Positions 38,168 to 51,491 of a stretch of DNA of 64,000 nucleotides are shown here, one piece after another. The position numbers were made by a program, and so were the translations under genes. The stretch spans positions 90,458,001 through 90,522,000 of the forward strand of contig NC_043002.1 in NCBI RefSeq assembly GCF_006345805.1, given 5' to 3'. The stretch is from Octopus sinensis. Taxonomy: Eukaryota. The notes under the pieces were generated by a model. The model worked only from the letters and a program-made list of their open reading frames with translations, ran no database searches and was not told where the DNA came from. Position 1 is the stretch's first letter. Every line of letters begins with the position of its first letter.

Positions 38168-38465
38168 GTGGAGGCACATGGCCTAGTGGTTGGAGCAGCA
38201 GACTTGCGGTCGAGGGATCGTGTGTTTGAATCTCAGACTGGGCAATGTGTGTATTTATGAGCGAAAAACCTAGGCTCCACGCGGCTCTGGCAGAAGGTAA
38301 TGGCGAACTTCTGCTGACTTTTTCGCCACAACTTTCTCTCACTCTTTCCTCCTGCATCTTGCAGCTCACCTGCAACGGACCGGCATCCTGTCCGGGTGGG
38401 GAACCTATACGCCAAGGAAACTGGGAAACCGGCCCTTAAGAGCCAGGCATGGCTCGAGAAGGAAC
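38168..38465 (+). mobile_element. SINE with C-type head/middle and D-type 3' end
   Basis: ggaggcacatggcctagtggtt...gctccacgcggctctggcag then ggaacctatacgccaaggaaactgggaaaccggccc. Confidence 0.8.
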
Positions 38466-38558
38466 AAACAAAACAACATACATACATACATACATGCATA
38501 CATACATACATACATACATACATACGTACATACATACATACGTACATACATACATACG

Positions 38559-38589
<31 letters not shown>

Positions 38590-38800
38590 TTGCAATTGCA
38601 CACACACAGAGATATATAACATTCTTCTTTAAGTTTCTGTCTATCAAATCCACTTACAAGGTTTTGATAAGTCTAGGACTATTGCTGAAGATATTTACCC
38701 AAGGTACCATGTTATGGGACTGAACTTAAACTATGTGGTTGGGAAGGCAACAACTCCTTAGCCACACAGTCACACAGCCATGCCTGCACCTATATATATA

Positions 38801-39182
38801 TCTCTCTCTATATAAACGGCAGTTTGTCTGTGTGTGTGTCTGTGTGTCTGTTAGGTTGTACCCTCACCCTGACCACGGCTTTCAACCGATTCTGATGAAA
38901 CTTGACACACACATAGCCCAATGTCATAATTCAAAACTAACGCAGCGAAAATTTTTAAAAGTTCCCCCAGTTCTGAAAAAAATCGATAAATTCGACATGG
39001 GGTCGAGAATCAGAAACACAAACCACAGACTGTCTAGGGGACGCAACTCGACCTTTTTACTCTCAAAAAAATTTACCATCATTTTTTTCCCATTTTTTTG
39101 CTATTTTTTGGGTATAACTCTCTAAAAATGCTTTATAGTTATTTCCCTTACAAACCCGAGCAACGCCGGGCGATACTGCTAG
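38801..39182 (+). mobile_element. Non-autonomous Helitron-type element
   Basis: A|TC start, acccgagcaacgccgggcg hairpin, CTAG|T end. Confidence 0.88.
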
Positions 39183-39960
39183 TATATATATATATATATA
39201 TACTCTTTTACTTCTCTCACTCATTTGACTGTGGCCATACTGCAGCACCACCTTCAGTCAAGCAAATCGCCTTATTCTTTGTAAGCCTACTATTTATTCT
39301 ATTGGTCTCTTTTGCCAAACCGCTAAGTGATGGGGACATAAACACACCACCATCGGTTGTCAAGTGATTTGGGGGGGGGGGGCAAACACAGACGCACAAG
39401 CATATACACACACATACATATATATATGCATATAAACGATGAGCTTCTTTCAGTTTCCATCTACCAAAGCCACTCACAAGGTTTTGGTCAAGGTGCTGAA
39501 TGACTGAAAATAAAGAGAGAGAGAGAGGTTAACATATGCATCAGCATTGTTATAAAAATAACGAATTTAATAGATATTATTATGAAGTAAAGATAAAAAT
39601 GAATTGATGGAGATATCAACCTTAGTTTTGTAGCTCTTCAAGATAATTATAATGATGTTTGACCAATATCTGATTGTATCTAATTATGTATTTTAATATA
39701 GTGTTATTAGAATTATTATCGTTGTCTTCTCTTCAATTGTTGCTAAAGAAACAGCTATACATTAACCATAAAATAAATATTTGACCTTTAATTAGCATAT
39801 GAGTCAATTAATTGTTCAATCTTTCTTACATTCAAGAAGTATTACAGTTCATAGAAAATACTTCATTCTTTATTAAAGAGTAAGACTCTAATGACATCTG
39901 ATACAATTTCCAAAAGCTGATATTTGTAATTATCTGTTCTTGTTCTTGTTATAATGCCAC

Positions 39961-40340
39961 TGAAGGAAAAGATTGCAAGACAGATTCTTCAAGACAAGCC
40001 AACTGCCAGGAGACCTAGGGGTTCACTAAGAGTGCAATGATTGGAAAATACCTGTGGTCATGATTGGGAACCCAGCTAGAAAATGTAACGCCAGTTACTT
40101 CTGATAGGACCCTATAGAAGAGGTACCCGAAGACTCTACCCCCCAATGGCCTTCCTTCATGAAAAGAAAAGATTGCAGGAGAGATTCTTCAAGGCAAGCC
40201 AACTGTCAGGAACCCTAGGGGTTCGTTCACCCAAGAGTGAGATGGTTATATAATATCCATGATGTCATTTGGTCATTATTGGGAATCGAGCTAGAAAATG
40301 TAATGACATTTACTTCTGACTAGAAGAGGTGCCCAGGAAT
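39961..40340 (+). mobile_element. Tandem 200-bp duplication of an RTE ORF2 C-terminal fragment
   Basis: KIARQILQDKPTARRPRG, repeated at about 40160. Confidence 0.65.
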
Positions 40341-41600
40341 AGCAGGAATAGCACAAATGGATGAATGGTTATATGGATGTTCTTCACTATAGCCGTTGAC
40401 TAGTGGAGAACTGTAGAACTGAAATAATAACATACTCTTCATTAATGATTGGATTATATTATTGATGTAAACTCTTACACCACCAATAGTTTTGAGAAAG
40501 ACAGAAAAATATCACATAATGTAATTTCCTTGTTTCCTATCAAACCGAAACTTGCGATTATGAAAGAGTTTCTGTTGCTGCTGGAAAAGATTTTTTTCTT
40601 TTTTTTTATTCTAGAATGTTAGCTCCATAATAATTCAGTCTCTTATCAGTAAAATAAAATGAATTTCATTTTCAGAATCTCAGTCTAAAATTTATAAAAT
40701 AAGATGCAAGTGTGGCTGTGTGATTGAAAATATTGCTTCCCAACCACATGACTTTGAGTTCAGTTTTATACTGTGTGCATTTTAGACAAGTGCCTTCTAC
40801 TATAGCTCCAGGCTGACCAAAAACCTTGTGATTGGATTAGATAGAGGTAAACTGAGAGAAACCAATCATGATTGTGTGTGCGCATGCATGCATGTGTATG
40901 TGCAAGTGTGTGTACAAGAATGTGTGCATGTGCATCTGTGTGTGTTAGTGTATGTATGCCTGAGTCTGCGTATGTTTGTGCCTTCTTGTCTTGATAGCAA
41001 AGGATAGTTGTAAACGAGTGTCATTGTTATGCATGCAGTGTCAATTATTTCCAATATTCTGCAAAATCATGAAAGAATAAGAGTTGCTCCCCTTGACATA
41101 TTGCTTCATCTCTGTTCACTTTTTTTCAAAGATGGTGTCCTATTGACAGCAAAAAAGTTTTCTCAATATAAGTTGACAATCATCTGATCGGGAAACCTGT
41201 ACTTATTTAATTTGTAATGATGTAATGATGTATTATGATCCTAATATCACCATAAACTTTATTATACAAACTTTCTGTGACATTTACATTTCTTTTCTTT
41301 CTTATATACCTATCCCATATGTATACAGAACTTGCCATTCTTCACTATATATATATATATGTATATATATATATAATATCCTTTAAGTTCATTTATGGGA
41401 AACGTTTTGAATATGCATATAAAAACTCCTATTTTATTATGTCGAGTACAGCCTAATGATGCCAACTGGCAATACTAGATTTTTGAGGTCAGACCAAGCT
41501 GTGCTGATACAATGTAGGATAGATATAGTAATAATAATAATAATCTTTGGATGGAATCCATAAATTCCATCCTAGGATTATTATTATTACTATATATGTA

Positions 41601-42753
41601 TTGGGTCATCCCATAAATAATGTATTTTTTTTTATACTTCTTTTATTTTTCAAAATTAAGATAAACAAAGTTCTTTTTTAATCTACAATGCTCTTCAATC
41701 TACCCGGTAGACTTGTAAGGCCCATCTTCCAAAATTAACTTGTCCATGATGAAAAATACTCCTCCAATACTGTTCTGACCTTGTCTACAGAATTCATATT
41801 TTCTCTGTCCAAATGATTTTTCAGATGGAATAATGTTTAGTGAATATGGTGGGTGGGGCATCGTTTCTCATTGAAACTGCTCCAGTATTTGGAACATCCT
41901 CCTCGTTATATGTGGTCAAGCTGCTCACAGTAGATCTTTGTTGTCATTTTGTTTGGCTTTAAAAATTCAAAGTGGATTAAACCTTTCATATCTCACCAAA
42001 AAGATAATAACATCTTATGTGGGTGAACACCTTCTTTAGCTTGGGGTGCTAGTGTTTCTTGTTTCCCTATCCACTGTCTTTTGCACTTGACATTTTTATA
42101 GAGAACCCATTTCGCATCACCAGTCACTCTTCGGTCCAAAAAAGGTTCATTCATGAGACGTGACAACAAAGAAGAGCACACATTCATATCTCTGCAAGTG
42201 ATTAAACTTGAAAAGTTTGTGAGAAACCCATTGACACAATTTGCTGGCTTCTGATGGCACACAGGTGTCAATAAATGGTTGAATAACCAAATTCAAGCTT
42301 TTCTGCTAATTCTTTAACAGTTGCTATGGGATTTTGTGCCACCAGAGTTTGCAGGATGTCCTTGTTGAGCTCTACAGATCTTCCTGGATTAGGCTTGCCT
42401 TCTAGGCTGTAGTTTCCGGCTTGGAATTTTTGGAATCACTGTTGACACTGGCTTACGCTTATTGTTTGATCCACATATACTGCATTAATATTCCTCACAC
42501 TTTCCATTGCATTGTTGCCTTTATTGAACTTATAAAGCAAAATATGCCAAATACAATCCTTTGTCACTTCCATTATAGCTTTGAATAACTGTTAAAATCG
42601 AACTGCACTTTTCAAAATTTGTACTAAGAATAAGGACAATGTAAAATTACTACCTGCTTTTATAGCAAGTTGATGCAGGTACTTTTCCCATTCCCCTCTG
42701 ACTTTTAGTTAATGCAATTGAAAAAAACCCACATTATTTATGGGATGACTCAA
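41601..42753 (-). mobile_element. Mariner transposon relic (Hsmar1/Mos1-like motifs)
   Basis: TIRs ttgggtcatcccataaataatg / cattatttatgggatgactcaa with TA TSDs; FLDRRVTGDAKWVLYKN...VHPHKMLLSFW. Confidence 0.92.
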
Positions 42754-43389
42754 TATATATATATATATATATACATGTACAGTGGGGTTCTTTCAGTTTC
42801 CATCTACCTTAGCTACTCACAAGGATTTGGTTGGCCTGAGGGTATAGTACAAAAGACTTGCCCAAGGTGCCACACAGTGGGACTGAATCTGGAATCATGT
42901 GGCTGGGAGGCAAGCTTGTTACCACACAACCATGCCTGTGCCTATGCTTTTTCTTTCTTGTTTGTGTGTGTGTGTGTGTAAATGTGACATGTTTTTATGT
43001 GAGATAACTGGTTTTAGGTTTTGAATTCTTGCACAAGATCTAGCATACAATAAGGTTAGGACAGTTATTAATAGGATATGGATTAAACAGAAATTTAGTC
43101 AGATGTATGTAGCTAAGCCACAGATCTCCCATAGCAGGGCTAACAAGGGCCACATCAAGGCAGTGGATCGATAAAAACAAGGATAATAAAGAAGCCTACA
43201 TTTAGGCCATATATCTACTCTAACAGGTCTATTGTTACCGCAGATCAATGGATGGATGACTGGATGAATGATTTGATGGAAGAGAGATGGATAGATAGAT
43301 TATTGGATTGTTGGATTGATGAATGGATAGTTTGGTTGGCCACATAACTGTCAGGATCTCTGAATGTTAACCACATTCTGTTCATATAT

Positions 43390-43437
<48 letters not shown>

Positions 43438-44239
43438 GCAGGTACTACACCCTATACTACTCACACTCCAGTTGCTTCCTCTTACTATCATATCATCCAC
43501 TAGCTGTAACTGCTGCCTTAAAGGTTTGTTATTGATTGATTATTTTTTATTGATTTCTGCAATATGATTTCTTAAGGTACAAATTTATGTATGTATGTGT
43601 GTATGTATAACGCAGTTTGTATGCATGTATTGTGCAAATCAATCTGCATATATATTGAATGTGTGTGTGTGTGTGTGTGTGTCTTCGATAGTAAGTGTCT
43701 TTGTGTGCGTATTGCATTCAAATCTTGATGTATCCTCTGTGTGTGTCCGTGTCCCCATACTCATTTTGGCGTTAATAAAGTTATTAGAGATATGAAATTC
43801 CTATGGAGATATTGTTTAGCTGAAGAAGAATGTGGAGGGTGTTGATGGTGAGCGCAGTTTTTGTTTAAGGGCCCATAAAGAATTGAATGAATAGGGTATT
43901 GTTTGAGACTGAGAGAATGAGAAAGATTATGTAGAGTAGGGAGTAGGATAGGAAGAAAGGTATATGGGAGTGCAAGGAGAAATGGTGTACATTCATAATA
44001 TAGGGGCAGTATGTGTGTGTTGGAGGTAAAGAGTGTGTAGATAATGTAGCAGGGGAGAAATTGTGTAGGTTTATAGGCAAAATGTGTATATGTGTGGGTG
44101 AATAGCTTAGGTTTATGCGTAGAATATAAGGGAAAATATGTTTGGATATGGGGGAATGGTATATATAGGTTTGCAGAATGGGTGGGGGACAATGATGATA
44201 TAGTTTATAGAGTTTATGAATAAAGTAGGGGGTAAAAAG

Positions 44240-44580
44240 TGTGCGTGTGGGAGGGGAAGTAGTGTTTATAGGTTTATAGAGGGAGAGGGGGGAAATGGTG
44301 TAAGTTTATAGGTGGAGTAAGAGGGGAAGTTGTATAGGTTTATGGGTAAAAGTGGCGGAAGGGGGGGAATTGTGAAGGTTTATAGGTAAAAGTAGGGGGA
44401 AATTGTGTAGATTTATTGGTAGGAGTAGGGGGAAATTATGAAGGTTTATAGGGAAAAGTAGGGGGAAATTGTGAAGGTTTATAGGTAAGAGTAAGGGGTA
44501 ATTATGAAGGTGTATAGGTAAAAGTAGGGGGTAATTCTGGAGATTTATAGGTAAAAGTAAGGGGAAATTGGTGTAGGTAT
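44240..44580. repeat. 33-bp G-rich minisatellite, about 10 copies
   Basis: Unit tgtgaaggtttataggtaaaagtagggggaaat at 44371, 44404, 44437, 44470, 44503 and 44536. Confidence 0.9.
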
Positions 44581-45107
44581 ATATTTAGAGCAAAGGGAAC
44601 AATGCAGAAGATTTATAAGTTGATTTTATAGGTAAAGTATGGAGTGGTTTATGTTTCTAGGCAAACTCTGTGTGTGTGGGGTGGGGGTGGGGATTATATA
44701 AATAAGGAGGATGACGCAAAATAATTATAGACGAAATGAGGAAAATGGTAAGGAAGGTTTATCAGGTGGAGTAGAGAAACGATGTAGGTGGGGATATTTG
44801 GAAGAATCATTGTTGTTTTATAGGCAGTGAGAACTGATGTACCATTTTCTATAGCTTTGGCTTCATCCATTCCTTGTGAATGAAATTGAGGAGATGGAAA
44901 CTGGATAAAAATCATGTCAGATAGATTGTACCTGTGAGTCAAATGCACAGCCTTGTCAAATATTGTGTTGTGATGATTCTGTTTGGGGTAATTCATTAAA
45001 GGTACACAAGTCTAGGAAATGCTTAGCCACTTACATGTTAATTCAATCACCTGATACTTCAGTTGGTGAAACAACTGAATGTTCATTGTTGAAACCAACA
45101 AATATGT

Positions 45108-45146
<39 letters not shown>

Positions 45147-45842
45147 GGTTTCAAATTTTGGTACAAGGCTAGTAATTTTGGGGGATGGGTATAGTTGATT
45201 ATGTCAACCCCAGTATTGAACTGGTACTTTTTTTTTTCGGCCCTAAAAGAACAAAAAGTAAAAATGACCTTGGTGGAATTTGAACTCAGAATGTAAAACT
45301 GGGCAAAATGGAGCTAAGCATTTTGCCTGTCGTGCTATGGTAAGATCCAAGGATCAAGATGTAGGAGGTTACTAACCTTCGAGCAGTCTGTAGAAGGTAC
45401 AAAAACAACTTTCAGGAACAACAGTGGTTTATTGACGTAGAAAGTTGTAAATTTTTCCGATATTGAAGTTCAATAAGCTGAAAAAAGACTATTTTATTGT
45501 TTCCAGTTAGTAGCCGGAATTGCTGTGTATGCAAATAAAAATCCAAATTTAGGGAACTGAATAGACAAAAATATATGTAGCCTGGATTTTATTTACTGCA
45601 TTCCCTAAATTTGGATATAAATATTTATATATCAGTCAGTTTTTCATAATATGAAAAAAACGCACACTTAAATAATTTTTTTTAGCAGTAACATTTTATG
45701 TAGTTATTGATTATGGCTGGTCAAAAAGTTACTGTTAGTCTTGTGTCTATTATTGCTAAGAGCAATGATAGGCATGAAACTAATGGTATCACTTTCTGAC
45801 TGACCACAACCGATAACTACATAATGTATGTATGTATATATA

Positions 45843-45883
<41 letters not shown>

Positions 45884-45983
45884 GCTGTAATGATTGGTTG
45901 CAATATCTAATATGTGTATACATACACACATATATTCATAAACTTACATACAAATGAATGAGTGTGTGTGTATGTATGTATGT

Positions 45984-46022
<39 letters not shown>

Positions 46023-46807
46023 TTTCTCTTGCTCTCTCTCTTGCTCTTTCTCTCTCCTCTCTCTTGCTCACTCTCTCTCACTTCTCTTGCTCTCTCTCTC
46101 CTCTCATGCACTCTCTCTCTCTCCTGTCATGCACTCTCTCTCTCCTCTCTTGCTCTCCCTCTCTTCTCTTACTTTTCTTCTCCACTCTCTTGCTTTCTCT
46201 CTCTCTCTCTCTCTCTCCCTTGCTCCCTGTCTGTCTGTCTCTTTCTCTCTCCCCCCCTTGCTCTCTGTCAGTCTGTCTTTCTCCCTCCCTCTACTTCATA
46301 GTCTACGCCAATGCAATGAATTTAGGAAGAAACTGGTGTTGTTTAATATAAAAGAAGGAAAATAAACAGCCACAGGATGTTTTGCATTAAATCACCAATA
46401 TTGTAAAATATTGATAGTTGATGCTGTACTATTTCAATGCCAGAGACAGCAACAATTGGCTGGGAATATGTCATTGTCTTTATCCCTCTCCCCCTCTCCC
46501 CCTCTCTGCCTCTCCTTCTTTTCTATTTGTTTATTTATTTGCTTTGTTTTTATTCATACCATTGCTGGTGTGAAGACATTTTCATTGTAAATAAGTCAGA
46601 ATCTGAATTTTGATTGCAAAGTTGGATATTTTATTGCACATGTGTATGAATATGTGTGTGTAGTTCCTATATGTCAATGTTTGTGTGTACGTGCGTATAT
46701 ATATATATATATATAATATATATATATATATATTATATATATATATATATAATATGTATATATAATACATATATATATATATGCATGTATATACATATAT
46801 ATGCATA

Positions 46808-46844
<37 letters not shown>

Positions 46845-47009
46845 TCACACTCACACACACATACACAGGCACACACACACACACACACATTCATATGTTT
46901 GTGAGTGTATACATTAACACTTTGTCTCGGGAAGTTGAATAATTGAAGAGTTTGTGAAAGCTGTTTGTTTAAATTATTCAATTTTTCCACTTCGCTTGCT
47001 TCAGAACTG

Positions 47010-48470
47010 TACAAGAATTACACTCTCAACTATAACCTCAAAGATCTACAACTCTGTGTATCTTTATACAATTCTCCCTCAAATTCTTCTCCTTCCTAAG
47101 ATGGAACCAAAATTGTTTCTATGCAGACAGATCAATGCTAACACAGATCCTTGCTCTTAGAAAAATTATAGAAGATCTCAGAATCTGCAAGCAAAAAACA
47201 TCAATCATGTCTTTAGATTTCTCCATGATATTTGAGAGTGTCAAGAGAAAGGTCATGTCACAGATGCTCTCAAGTGATGATATCCTTGATATTATTGAAG
47301 TCATCACCATCGTGTGTGAAAACTCACCCAGCTTTATGTAAAGCATATACTGTACAACAAAAGAATTTCAATAGCAGGAATCTTTCAGGGATAGACACTT
47401 TTCTCTTTTACACTTTTTTCTTTGTGATTGCAGTGGATTACATTCTAAAAGAAAGTTTTGGCCCCCAATTTTACTTAACAAGTAGAATTAACCAAGGAAC
47501 TAGCAATTTACAATGGTGATAATCTTGTTCTTACATTTTAGCAACTGTTTGATGTGCAAAGCATCTTTCATCTTTCATTTGTTTCAGTTATTAGATACTG
47601 GCCATACTGGAGCACCACCTTGAAGAAGTTTTAGTGAAATGAATTGACCCCAGTACATTTTTTTTTTAAAGCTGGTACCTATTCTATCAGTCTCTTTTGC
47701 TGAACCTCTAAGTTATGGATGACATAAACACACCAACACCGGTTATCAAGCAGTAGTGGGGGACAAACAGAGACACAAACACACACTGATATACATATGT
47801 ATGATGGACTTCTTTCTGTTTCCATCTTCCAAATCCACTCACAAGGTTTTGGTTGCCCATGGTGCTGTACAGTGGGACTGAACATGGAACCATGTGGTCT
47901 GGAGGAAGTAAGTTTCTTACCACACATACCGTGAAGATGCTGCAAAGTCAAAATCAGTCTCTTTATTACTGTAATGAAGAACAAAGAAATGACCATCGAT
48001 GAAGATGAAAGTTACCTACCAACTTGTTCCAACGATGTTATAAGACTCAAGGAGGTCAGTGACTTCAAATACTCTACGTCTTAATCTTATTGATTGTGAG
48101 AAAGACTATTGAATACACAAGAAATTAGCCTGGAGGTAACAAGCTTGGAAACATTTGAAAGTTAACAAAGCTTGCCATGTTCAGGGTACATATAAAGAGC
48201 AAGTATCCCAATGAAGCTGAAATCTGGACTAAGAGAAAGGATATTCAAAGTCACTTTGATCGTAGCTACACCAGGTTTTTCCCTTGGGGGCCCAAAACAG
48301 TTTACGGTGTGAGTGAGCTCTCGAGCAAAGAGGTGACCTTTACGGACACATTACATTCATCTCTACTATTATTGCATATTCAATACAAGCTAGGCTTTGT
48401 TAACCACTGTCTTCATGCTGGACAAACCATAAGAGATGTTAAATTCTGGAGATGTAAACTTGCTAACAGA
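47010..48470 (+). mobile_element. Decayed RTE-type ORF2 (RT domain) interrupted by SINE-A (about 47570-47930, minus)
   Basis: ITLSTITSKIYN; RSMLTQILALRKIIEDL...SLDFSMIFESV (cf. DFSKAFDSI); LKEVSDFKY; YTR. Confidence 0.8.
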
Positions 48471-48754
48471 AGATGAATACCACTCAGTTACATGGATGAT
48501 GTTTTCTCTCTCTTGTCCATACTGGTGCCACATAAAAGTACTTGTGCCTGTGACATATAAAAGTGGCTGTGCCAATGCCACATAAAAGCATCCATGCCAG
48601 CACCACGTTAAAAGCATTCAGTGCACCCTGTAAAGTGGTTGGCATTAGGAAGGGCATTTGGCCATAGAAACGAAGCCAAAATAGACAAAATGGAGCCTGG
48701 GCCAGCTCTTGTCAAACAGTTCAGCCTATGCCAGCATGGAGAACAGATGATTAG

Positions 48755-48785
<31 letters not shown>

Positions 48786-48835
48786 ATATATATATATATA
48801 TATATATAATTATATATATATATATATATATATAG

Positions 48836-49085
48836 TGGAGGTGCGTGGCTTAGTGGTTAGGGTGTCAGCACCATGATTGTAAGATTGTGGTTTCAATTCC
48901 TGGACCGGGCGATGTGTTGTGTTTTTGAGCAAAGCACTTCATTTCACGTTGCTCCAGTTCACTCAGCTGGAAAAAACGAGTAATGCTGTGATAGACTGGC
49001 GTCCCATCCAGCTAGGGAACACATACACCATAGAAACCAGAAAACCAGGCCCATGTGCCTGGTTAGGCTTTAAAAAGGGCGCATT
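48836..49085 (+). mobile_element. SINE-D, near full length
   Basis: tRNA-like head, ttgagcaaagcacttcatttcacgttgctccag, tail taaaaagggcgcat. Confidence 0.88.
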
Positions 49086-49097
49086 TATTTTTATATT

Positions 49098-49252
<155 letters not shown>

Positions 49253-49456
49253 GGGAGAGTTCATGAAAAAACAAAAAACAAAGAAAGGTGGTGTATAAAA
49301 ACAAACAGGTGCATTAGTATAATGCTCAGGAATTGAAAAAGTCTTTTACGTTTTGAGCCTAGGCTCTTCTACAGAAAGGGACACAGAAAAAAAACAATGT
49401 CATAAAAATTCTGTCTCTTTTCACCTCTTCTCTCTCTTTTTTTTCTCTCTCTCACT

Positions 49457-49528
<72 letters not shown>

Positions 49529-51124
49529 TTATATATATAAGTGTATGCGTGTGTATACAGTACCCTCATTTGTGTTGGGCTCTCAGTATCTATATCAATC
49601 CATTTGTGCAGTTAGCAATTTTAAAGTCTTACTTATATACAAGCATCCCCACTCCCCTCCCTCATTCTGTCTGTCTGTTTCATGAACCCATCCATCAATC
49701 CATCCATCCATCCATCCATCCTGCTGATTCTTTATCTTACCTTCTACCTCTTATCTTATCTCACCATTCATTAACTTATTTCACTATCTTCTTTCTCTAT
49801 TTCATTTACCAATTTTTTTCCTCTTATCTATCTGTCTAATCTCTCCCTTCATTAAACTCTAATTAAATTGCTGGCATGGAAGATGTCTCCCTTCTCATTC
49901 TTCACAAAGTAGGCCCTTCATAATTCTTAAACTAAGGACTTTGGTGAAACTTTAAGCAGGATACTCAAATTCGGTTGTGTGAAGTGGTGGGGGTGCATAT
50001 GTTGGGACCTCAGGCTGGATATTCCCATTTCATTAGTTATTCAGTTTTTTAATTAAATATTTTCCCTCGTTACATTAATTAAGGTATCATTACTTGACTG
50101 TTACATCCCCAGGTCGTTTCCTCTGTCATTATTATAATGACTTGAAGGGCAGTGAGCTGACAGAATTGTTACCACATCGGACAAAATACTTAGTGGCATT
50201 TTGTCTATCTTTACATTTTGAGTTCAAATTCCACCGAGGTCAACTAGTAATTGACTACCTCCTTCAACCCCAAGTTTCAGGCTTTGTGCCTATAGTAGAA
50301 AGGATTATTATAATGGTCTGAAAGGTGGCAAGCTAGCAGAATTGTTACCCCATTGGACAAAATACTTAGCAGCATTTTGTCTTCACGTTCTGAGTTCAAA
50401 TTCCAATGAGGTCAACTTTTGCTTTTCATCCTTCTGGGGTCAATAAAACAAGTACCAGTTGAGTACTGGGGTAGATGTAATCGATTTTTCCCTTCCACTG
50501 AAATTGCTGGTTTTGTACTAAAATTTGAAACCATAATCATAATGGCTTGATTATTAAGGTGATGAACTTGAAGAATCATTAGTACATCATATAAAAGCTT
50601 TTCAGCATTTCTTCCAGTTCCTTGTGTTCTGAACTCAAATACTGCCATGGTTAACTTAGCCTTTTTTGGGGGGGGGATCAATAAAATAAGTGCTAGTTGA
50701 CCGCTTGTGTCTATGTTATTGCCTTACTCCCTCCTCTCAAAATTGCTGGCCTAGTGCCAGAATTTTAAACCATTATTATTATAATGACTTAATGTATATT
50801 ATCATAATGTACTTTATCACAATGTCTCATTTATATTATTGGGCATCAATACAATGGCAAGTTCAGAGAGGACTACGGTTTACTGACAAGTTCTAATTAA
50901 TCTGAAACATATTTGGAGTTGTTGCCTTTATTTACTAAAATCAAATTAAAATAACATCAGTCATTTATCAAATGTTTTCTTTTCCACAGCACAAAATTAT
51001 TATTTATTAATTAGATAATTTTCTTGCCTCATTACATTAATTATGATGACTGTAACTTGACTGAAATTGTCACCTATTTAATATCTCTAGACAATTGTTT
51101 GTTATTGCAGCCCAACTAACTCAC

Positions 51125-51185
51125 CTTGTTTACACACTGGTTTAGCTGGAAGTCATCAGTTGAATGACTGATTGACAATTGACAA
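51125..51185 (-). other. Candidate minus-strand exon (61 nt, or 21 nt from 51145)
   Basis: Consensus AAG|gtgagt donor; acceptors ttatttag or gacttccag; repeat-free context. Confidence 0.35.
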
Positions 51186-51455
51186 CTAAATAAGTTAACA
51201 AACAGAGATTTAGATATAATGGCAGGGAAGAATTGGTTGAGGGTTTAGCATTAAAATCAATGACAGGACAGCTTAAAACTGATTTTACAGGTAAACATTA
51301 AGTCAGTTGACAGACGGGCCATAGAATTTAGTTGAATATTATCAACAAACAAAAGAATGTAGATATTAACTCTCATGTGTGGAATGTGGATTAGCCAAAC
51401 TTGAAAACAGAGATATCATGTGACATGATATCATGTGACATGAAGGGCTTTTAAG

Positions 51456-51491
51456 GCATATTGAATTACTAAATGAACAGCAGTTGGACAG
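51456..51491 (+). CDS. Candidate exon (HIELLNEQQLD)
   Basis: CAG|gtgagt donor; weak cttttaag acceptor; out of phase with 53423 if coding. Confidence 0.3.

Noticed and set aside
40530-40650. Exon candidates on both strands around a poly-T acceptor
   Set aside because: No convincing donor, and the frames do not fit other candidates.
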